From NCBI GenBank assembly GCA_043754535.1, contig JAYUUN010000048.1, positions 1 to 64,000 of the forward strand: DNA of 64,000 bases, in the 5' to 3' direction. The stretch comes from Chloroflexota bacterium. GTDB taxonomy: Bacteria > Chloroflexota > Chloroflexia > QHBQ01. The notes beneath the pieces are model-generated. The model was given only the letters and a program-made list of their open reading frames with translations. It did not search any database and was not told where the DNA came from. The stretch's first letter is position 1, and every line of letters starts with the position of its first letter. A program made the position numbers and the translations under genes. This document shows, piece after piece, positions 57,291 through 64,000 of the stretch.

Positions 57291-59345
57291 TTACCAACTT
57301 GCAGGAACTATGCCACTGTCTTCACTGTTGGGCGGAGGACGTAGTTGGCCGAGCGGTGGCAGTTCGAGGCACTCAAGTTCGCGCTCCTCTACCTCGTAGG
57401 CTCGGCGGCGGGGGTTCTGTCGCTGACCTTGTGCCAGGAGGGTATATAGCTCGTGCATCTCGCGCAGGGCCGCACTGCGCCCAGTCTCGCCCACCCCCAC
57501 CCCCCGCTGGGTATAATGAGCTAGGAGGTTGAGCAGATGGCCGGCGGTATGGCGCACGTGTAGACCGTCTGCCAGGGCGGGGCGGGCTACCTCCACCTGC
57601 CCGACCGCGTTCAACCCATAATGGCTGATCGTGTCGAGGATCAGGCCCACCACCCCGACAGACCCGGCCACGATAGGCAAGCTGTTGAGCAGATGGCGGC
57701 TGGCGGCCAGGTCACCGCTAGTTGGTTCCAGCAACCCGGCTAGCTGATAGTAAAAGCGCGCGCACAGGCGGCGCAACGCCCCCGCTTCACCACGCAACAA
57801 GGCCGCAGCCAACTCGCTCAACTTCCAATAATCGCCAAGTACTTCAGGGTAGGTGCGGTTCTCGCCCCGCTGGGTACCGCGCCCGATGATCAGTTTGAGG
57901 CTGGGTTCTTCAAGCAAGGGGCCAATCAGATTGGCGATGCTCATGGTGGTCGGGCGGGCGGCCTGCACATCCTGCCAGACGACCAGATCGCCACTGCTGA
58001 CCGCTGCGCTTTTCCAGAGCAAGCTACCACGCCCAGCGTAGATGCTGATCTCTGGCAACACCTCATCCTGGCGGTAGCCGCTGAAGCCGTGCCGGGAGGC
58101 GAGTTCGGCCACTGTGCCGTCACCGCCATCGAGGATCACGATCTCATCCACCAACTTTGCTTCTTCGAGCAACCCTTTGCTGATCCCTTTGAGCAGTTCG
58201 ACGGTGTGTTTCTGTGGCCCGGCCACGAAGTTGAGACAGAGGCTGATGTGTAGACCCTGCCGCTCTTTGAGGACGGCCAAGCGGGCATGGTCGGCAAACT
58301 CGTTCACGTCATAGCTATGTTCGACCGCCCAGTGTTCGACGACCGGGCGCAGGCGGGCTTGCGGGTTGAGGTCTGGCGCATCAAGGGCGGGTTCGACCGG
58401 CTCCTCCAGGCTGCCGCGCCCGTTCAGCAGCGAGGTGGAGTCGTGGCTGCGCGGTCGCTGGTAGCGAGCCAACTCTAGCGGCTGGCGGGTGCGAGCGACC
58501 AGCAGCGAAAGCTCGCGCTGCCTTGCCGCTGCGCTAACTCGTTGGGTCATCGTCGGCTGGCCGAGGCCGCCGCGATAGAGGGTGCCACTCGCCCCCATGA
58601 TCACCAACTGGTGGTCGGTCATCTCCTGCAAGACGGCGGTGGCAGGATCGGGGGCGTAGACGCTGGCCCGGCGGTAGGCTGCACCCTGCAACAACTCCTC
58701 GAACTCGGCGAAAGGCTCATCCCAGTGTGAGACAATTTCGCTAGGTGCAGGTGGGGTGCCGCTGTGCAAGACGGTCATCGTGGCCCCCAGCGGCGGCATC
58801 AATGCCTGCCCAATCTTCAGCGCGAACTCAGCGTAGGGGCCACCACGCACTGCCAGTAGGATATCCTGCACTGCTGCCAGCCCACCGGCGGCGAAGCGGC
58901 AGAGGATCACATCACAGGGGGCGGACAGCATCACCTCGTCGCAGGTGCGCCCGTAGAGAGCATCGGGGCTGCGGGTGTAGCCCTTCCAGGGCAGCAGCAG
59001 CAGATCAGCGCGCTCCTCAATCGCTGCGTCCACGATCCCCAGGGCAACGCTGTGCGCCACCTTCACCTTGGTGTGCAAGACCACAGGGCGGGTGCCAGCG
59101 GGAAAGGCGCGCAGGTCAGGGGCTGCTGGTGGCATATAATTGAGTAGGGTACGGTAGGCGCGGGCCAGTGGCTTGCCAGTGCTGAACGAGCTATCTTGCA
59201 CCTCAGCCACGCCGAGGATGATCGCCTCACCCGCCCGGTCACCAGACACTGCCTGGGCAAGGGTCAACAAGTCTGCCAGCAACTTCTGGTTCAAGATCGG
59301 GATCAAGATGCGGTAGGGCTGCTTCAAGTTACCGTTGCTGTGCAA
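57291..59345 (-). CDS. USP-domain / glucosyl-3-phosphoglycerate synthase-like fusion (degenerate GT domain)
   Basis: RILIP, ADLLLLPWKG, APCDV, RGGPYA (USP); VDEIVILD, GRGSLLWKS..GDLVVW (GpgS-like). Confidence 0.75.
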   Translation of the reverse strand: MHSNGNLKQPYRILIPILNQKLLADLLTLAQAVSGDRAGEAIILGVAEVQDSSFSTGKPLARAYRTLLNYMPPAAPDLRAFPAGTRPVVLHTKVKVAHSVALGIVDAAIEERADLLLLPWKGYTRSPDALYGRTCDEVMLSAPCDVILCRFAAGGLAAVQDILLAVRGGPYAEFALKIGQALMPPLGATMTVLHSGTPPAPSEIVSHWDEPFAEFEELLQGAAYRRASVYAPDPATAVLQEMTDHQLVIMGASGTLYRGGLGQPTMTQRVSAAARQRELSLLVARTRQPLELARYQRPRSHDSTSLLNGRGSLEEPVEPALDAPDLNPQARLRPVVEHWAVEHSYDVNEFADHARLAVLKERQGLHISLCLNFVAGPQKHTVELLKGISKGLLEEAKLVDEIVILDGGDGTVAELASRHGFSGYRQDEVLPEISIYAGRGSLLWKSAAVSSGDLVVWQDVQAARPTTMSIANLIGPLLEEPSLKLIIGRGTQRGENRTYPEVLGDYWKLSELAAALLRGEAGALRRLCARFYYQLAGLLEPTSGDLAASRHLLNSLPIVAGSVGVVGLILDTISHYGLNAVGQVEVARPALADGLHVRHTAGHLLNLLAHYTQRGVGVGETGRSAALREMHELYTLLAQGQRQNPRRRAYEVEERELECLELPPLGQLRPPPNSEDSGIVPASW

Positions 59346-59347
59346 GT

Positions 59348-61432
59348 TCAGTCCTCTTCGTCTCCGTTGACCAAGAGCTGACCGATTATGACCGCGATGT
59401 TGTCCTGTCCACCCCCCTCGTTGGCGGCCTTGATCAGCCGTTGGACGGCGTGGTGCGGGTCGTCGCTGGTGTTGATCAGGGTAGCAATCCCCGGTGTGCC
59501 GTCTTTATCCTCCTCGTAGATCATCTCCCACAGGCCGTCGGAGCAGAGCAGTACGACATCAAACGGCTTGAGCTTGCGACTAAAGAGGTCAACTTCCATG
59601 TTCGGATCATCACCAAGCGACTTGTAAATCTCGTTGCGGCGGTTGAAGGTACGAATCTCATCCACAGTCAATTGCCCGGCCTGCACCAGCTTCCAGGCCA
59701 GCGAGTGATCCTCCGTCACCTGCTCCAGCTTGCCGTTGCGGTAGATATAGGCGCGGCTGTCGCCCACGTTGGCGAAGTAGGCCTGATTGCCAACGATCAG
59801 GCAGGCCACGCAGGTGGTTCCCATGTCGCTATAACGTTCGCGGCTTTTTTGCACGATCTCACGGTTGGCGGCGATCACTGCCGAGCGCAGCATCTCACCA
59901 ACGGCCTCGCTGCCCTGCATGATGTCCACATCGCCAGGGCCAAGTGGTGGCACGTCGAGGCCGTTGCCATAGTTGAAGATCGCGCCACCCAGCACGTTCT
60001 CGGCGATGTTGGCGGCGATGGTACGGACTGCCATACTACTGGCGACTTCGCCGCTGTCGTGACCGCCCATGCCGTCAGCAACAACCAGCAGGCTGACCAA
60101 CTGGTGGTGATCGGTTTCCACCGCGCTAAAGTCGAGGGTGAGCAGCGAGTCCTCGTTCAGCTTGCGAACCATGCCTACATGGGTGCCAGCCGCAAGCAGC
60201 AGGCTGAGAGTGGCGGGGGTCTGCCCCTCCTCCCGATAGTGGTCGAGGGCTTCGGCGAAATCGTCGGCATCCTTGTAGCGGCCACCGATAGCCTCGGCCA
60301 GGAGGTCGCTGAGGGTGGCAGGGTCGCTGCTAGTGGGGGTCTTACCCTCTGTCAGCGGGCTGGTCAGGAAGGCAGCGGCTAGCCGGGCGAGGGCGGCTAC
60401 GTCGGCAGCAATCCCGACTGCATCGGCCTCCTGCGCGCCGCTAACGTCCACGATGCGCGGCAGTTCACCGCCCGCAATGTTGATGCTGGCAATGCTGATG
60501 TTGGCGAGGGCTACTCCACCCTCGTGCAACGGAGCAAGGGCTGAAGCCAGCGAGCGCGTCCAGGCTAGCAGCCTTTCTTCGCTGACCCGCTCACCAGCGG
60601 GGGTGACGGGGGCGAAGGTCGCCAGCGGTTGGCCGCTCGCTTCTTCGAGCAAGGCATAGTCGCGCTGGCTATCACGGAATGTCTTGTAGATGCGCGGGAG
60701 GCCCTGGGTTTGGGCAAAACCCTTTGCATAGAGCAGGCTCTCACCGCGCTCACCCTCGGCCCCACTAGCGGGCTGCTCGCGCAAGGCGTAGACCTTGTTG
60801 GTCAGTTGCGCCCCGCAGTCGGAGCAGTAGAGTTCGCCAGCGGTGTTGTTCTTGCTGCCACAGACCCAGCATTCCTCGTAGCTTTTCTCGTCGATCACCC
60901 GGTAGAGGTTGAACGTTGGCGTGCCAGTTGGGTGACTCTCAACTACGTTGGTGACGGCGTAACGGTCGGCAACCATCGTCTCACGAGCAAGAGGCGGCAG
61001 TTCGGCAAGCGGGGCGGTCGGTGGAGCGGTCGGCGGCAAGGCAGTTGCCTCGGCCAGTTGCGCCTCGTCCAACGGTGCGGTGACCGCTGCGGTCTTGCGC
61101 GGCACACCTCCACTTCCACCCCAGGTTTCAGCCTCAAGCGGCACAGGGTTGGTCAGGTCTCCTGTTGCACCCTTGCTCTGCTGCTGATATGGCTCACCTG
61201 GACCCCTGTCTATACTCTCGGCCTCGTACGGGGGGGCGACTTCGGGGAGAGTTGGCAGGGCGGTGGTATCCGCGTCGCTGGGTTGGGTGGCAAGGAGGCT
61301 CTCAGCCCCAGCCTGCTGCTCAGCAAGCGTGACGCTTGGCGGCACCAATGGCAGGGCAGGCTGGTTGCTCAAGGGCTGGTCGGGCTGACTACTGCCTGGC
61401 TGGTCGGTTGGCTGATTGGTAGACTGCGGCAT
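59348..61432 (-). CDS. PP2C Ser/Thr phosphatase fused to a zinc ribbon and a degenerate kinase domain
   Basis: CxxC..CxxC; RKLNED, VADGMGG, MGTT, NVGDSR, LCSDGL, GGQDN. Confidence 0.9.
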   Translation of the reverse strand: MPQSTNQPTDQPGSSQPDQPLSNQPALPLVPPSVTLAEQQAGAESLLATQPSDADTTALPTLPEVAPPYEAESIDRGPGEPYQQQSKGATGDLTNPVPLEAETWGGSGGVPRKTAAVTAPLDEAQLAEATALPPTAPPTAPLAELPPLARETMVADRYAVTNVVESHPTGTPTFNLYRVIDEKSYEECWVCGSKNNTAGELYCSDCGAQLTNKVYALREQPASGAEGERGESLLYAKGFAQTQGLPRIYKTFRDSQRDYALLEEASGQPLATFAPVTPAGERVSEERLLAWTRSLASALAPLHEGGVALANISIASINIAGGELPRIVDVSGAQEADAVGIAADVAALARLAAAFLTSPLTEGKTPTSSDPATLSDLLAEAIGGRYKDADDFAEALDHYREEGQTPATLSLLLAAGTHVGMVRKLNEDSLLTLDFSAVETDHHQLVSLLVVADGMGGHDSGEVASSMAVRTIAANIAENVLGGAIFNYGNGLDVPPLGPGDVDIMQGSEAVGEMLRSAVIAANREIVQKSRERYSDMGTTCVACLIVGNQAYFANVGDSRAYIYRNGKLEQVTEDHSLAWKLVQAGQLTVDEIRTFNRRNEIYKSLGDDPNMEVDLFSRKLKPFDVVLLCSDGLWEMIYEEDKDGTPGIATLINTSDDPHHAVQRLIKAANEGGGQDNIAVIIGQLLVNGDEED

Positions 61433-61516
61433 CGGGGGTCGCTCTCCTCGCTTGGGTGTGGGGCTTGCAGCACGCTTATAATAATAGCATAAAGCGGGCC
61501 GGGCGGCAACCCTACT

Positions 61517-63967
61517 TCACTGCAAGGCTAGTGGCGCGGGGATATCCGTCTCGCAGAGCGGCTCCTGCTCGTGGGCAGCAGTCTCCTTGATCAGCCGTAG
61601 CTGGCGGCGGCGTAGCACTGTGTGGTTCTTCTCGTCTGTCGGGTCGCAGACAGCAATAGCGAACACCTCGTCTACCGACTCGACCGGGATGATCTCCAGC
61701 CCGCGCTTGATCTCCGCTGGCAGGTCGTCCAGGTCTGGGCGGTTAGGGGCAGGGACGATCACCCGCTTGAGGCCCGCCCTGTGCGCCGCCAGCAGCTTCT
61801 CGCGCACGCCACCGATTGGCAATACCCGCCCCCGCAGGGTGATCTCGCCCGTCATCGCCAGGTCAGCGGGAACGGGTCGCCCAGTCAGCATACTGGCGAT
61901 GGCGACAGCGATGGTGATACCTGCGCTCGGCCCATCCTTGGGGATCGCTCCAGCGGGTAGGTGCAGATGCAGGTCGCAGGTGTCGAAGAAGTTAGGGTCG
62001 ATCTGCAACTGGGCCGCTTGCGCCCGCACGTAGCTGAGGGCCGCCTGTGCCGACTCCTTCATCACCTCACCAAGCTGGCCGGTGATGGTTAGCTGGCGGT
62101 GGCCGGGCATCTTGCTCGCCTCGATGTACACAATATCGCCACCGACCGATGTCCAGGCCAGGCCAATAGCAATGCCAGGCCGATCCAGCATCTCCGCTGT
62201 ATCAGTCAGGTAGCGCGGTTTGCCTAGCAGATCGACTAGCAGCTTCGCGCTTAGCTTGATCGTGCGCCCTCGCCCGCCCCCCTCGGCGATGCGCCGGGCC
62301 AGACGACGACAGACCGCCGCTATCTCGCGCTCAAGTTCGCGCACCCCAGCCTCGCGGGTGTAGTTGCGGATCAGCGTCCGCAAGACCGCCAGCGGCCAGT
62401 CAACCTCGTGCTGCTCAAGGGCGTGGGCGGCAAGTTGGCGCGGCACAAGGTAGCGGCTGGCGATCTGCACCTTCTCCATCTCGGTGTAACCACTGATCTC
62501 GATCACTTCAAGCCGATCACGCAAGGCCCCAGGCAGCGAGTCAAGCTGATTGGCGGTGGCGACAAAGAGGACGTGCGAAAGATCGAACGGCACCTCCAGG
62601 TAGTTGTCGCGGAAGGTGGAGTTCTGGCTCTGATCCAGCACCTCCAGCAGAGCGGAGGCGGGGCTACCGCGCTGATCATCGGTCAGCTTGTCAATCTCGT
62701 CCAGCATCACCACCGGGTTGTTCACCCCAGCCCTGCTGATCGCCTGCACTAGCCGCCCAGGGAGTGCGCCCACGTAGGTGCGCCGGTGGCCGCGAATCTC
62801 AGCCTCGTCATGCACTCCTCCCAACGACAGGCGCACGAACTCACGCCCTAGGGCTGCCGCGATGCTCAGGCCCAGGCTGGTTTTGCCCACCCCTGGCGGC
62901 CCGACCAAACAGAGGATTGGCTCACAGCTCCGCACGGCATCGCCCGCGACTGGGGCAGGAACAGCGCGTTCGCGGCGCAGCTTGCGGACAGCCAGGTAAT
63001 CAAGCAGGCGGCTCTTGACCTCGGCCAGGCCATAATGGTCGCGGTCGAGGATGGCAGCAGCGTAGGCCAGGTCAATCGCTGGCTCCTGCACCGACTGCCA
63101 GGGCAGGCCGAGTAGCCACTCAAGGTAGGTGTAAACAGCATTGTACTCTGGCGCACCGGGAGAAAGGCGGGCTAGCTGGGCCAGTTCGCGCGCTGCCTGC
63201 TGGCGTGCTTCGGGCGAGAGAGTTGCCGCCGTCACTCGCTGACGCATAGCAGCCAGTACGTCACCTTCTTCGCCAAGCGCACGCTGGATCAGGCGCAACT
63301 GTTCGCGCAGCATGGCTTCGCGGCCCTTCTGGTTGAGACTCTCCCGCGCCTGCCCGCGTATCTCCTCGCTCAGCCGCTGCGACTCGGCTTCGCGCTCAAG
63401 CAGGGGTAGCAGGTAGGCCAGGCGGGTGTCGGGCGCGTCAGTCTCCAACACCTGCTGGCGTTCGCTGAGGCTAAGGGGGACGATGCTGGCGACCAGGTAG
63501 GCAAGTACGCTGGGATCGTTGGTCTGGCCCGCCAGTTCGATGTTGTCACTGTCGGCTTCTGGCAGACTGGTGAGCAGTTCGACGAAGCGGCGGCGTACTT
63601 CAGTAACGATAGCGCGGAGACTGGCGTTGCTTTCGTACTTTCCCTCGTGGAGCGGGGCCACTATCGCCCTGTCACCCTGCTCAGCCAGCATTCTTATGCG
63701 CCCCGCCCCTTGCAGCAGCAGGTGGAGGGCAGGGTTGCCCAGCTCATCCAGTTCCTCAAGCTGAGTGACAATCAGTGCGCTGCTGCCTACGGGCTGGGTG
63801 TTGCCTCGTGCGTCGGTAGGGAAGACGGCCAGCAACTCCTTCTCCTGCACTGCTCGTGCTACCACCGCCAACTCTGCTGCTTCATTGACCAGCAGAGACT
63901 GCATGGTGGCGGGGTACAGCACCAACCCACGCAGGCGGATCAGGCCCAAGCCATCCGCCTGCTCCAA
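61517..63967 (-). CDS. lon: ATP-dependent Lon protease
   Basis: GPPGVGKTS, DEAEIRGHRRTY, LDEIDK, PKDGPSAG, IGGVREK. Confidence 0.96.
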   Translation of the reverse strand: MEQADGLGLIRLRGLVLYPATMQSLLVNEAAELAVVARAVQEKELLAVFPTDARGNTQPVGSSALIVTQLEELDELGNPALHLLLQGAGRIRMLAEQGDRAIVAPLHEGKYESNASLRAIVTEVRRRFVELLTSLPEADSDNIELAGQTNDPSVLAYLVASIVPLSLSERQQVLETDAPDTRLAYLLPLLEREAESQRLSEEIRGQARESLNQKGREAMLREQLRLIQRALGEEGDVLAAMRQRVTAATLSPEARQQAARELAQLARLSPGAPEYNAVYTYLEWLLGLPWQSVQEPAIDLAYAAAILDRDHYGLAEVKSRLLDYLAVRKLRRERAVPAPVAGDAVRSCEPILCLVGPPGVGKTSLGLSIAAALGREFVRLSLGGVHDEAEIRGHRRTYVGALPGRLVQAISRAGVNNPVVMLDEIDKLTDDQRGSPASALLEVLDQSQNSTFRDNYLEVPFDLSHVLFVATANQLDSLPGALRDRLEVIEISGYTEMEKVQIASRYLVPRQLAAHALEQHEVDWPLAVLRTLIRNYTREAGVRELEREIAAVCRRLARRIAEGGGRGRTIKLSAKLLVDLLGKPRYLTDTAEMLDRPGIAIGLAWTSVGGDIVYIEASKMPGHRQLTITGQLGEVMKESAQAALSYVRAQAAQLQIDPNFFDTCDLHLHLPAGAIPKDGPSAGITIAVAIASMLTGRPVPADLAMTGEITLRGRVLPIGGVREKLLAAHRAGLKRVIVPAPNRPDLDDLPAEIKRGLEIIPVESVDEVFAIAVCDPTDEKNHTVLRRRQLRLIKETAAHEQEPLCETDIPAPLALQ

Positions 63968-64000
63968 CTGTATTTCGCTGCGCCGGTTTGTCTGCTTCTT

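Overview
GC-rich bacterial chromosomal segment, most consistent with Chloroflexota. This lineage call is inferred from SLH- and LPXTG-anchored surface proteins, GAAC-N4-GTTC SOS boxes, a T-box, a USP-GpgS fusion and TGnTATAAT promoters. About 55 CDS are present. Housekeeping genes: valS with a Val T-box riboswitch, hisZ-like/hisG, rpmH-rnpA-yidD-yidC-jag-(jag2)-pfkB-mnmE, lon, and two RpoD-like sigma factors. Cell-surface genes: four Cys-containing SLH proteins, two sortase-type proteins, a fibre-like protein, and YfhO and GT39-like glycosyltransferases. No rRNA, tRNA, CRISPR, integrase or transposase was recognised. The most notable candidates are: (1) an orphan gene pair encoding a small protein ending in Gly-Gly and a large protein with an E2/UBC-like C-terminal Cys domain; (2) directly upstream, a thioredoxin lipoprotein split by an in-frame UGA in a UxxC motif with a SECIS-like hairpin (selenoprotein); (3) a Rad52/Sak-like gene whose consensus promoter is flanked by two LexA boxes; (4) a leaderless Cys/His/Pro leader upstream of a sortase-anchored CopC; (5) two jag paralogues in frame across a single TAG; (6) a phage-appendage-like secreted fibre paired with an SLH anchor gene; (7) a candidate sRNA. 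All family assignments are by eye, without database searches.
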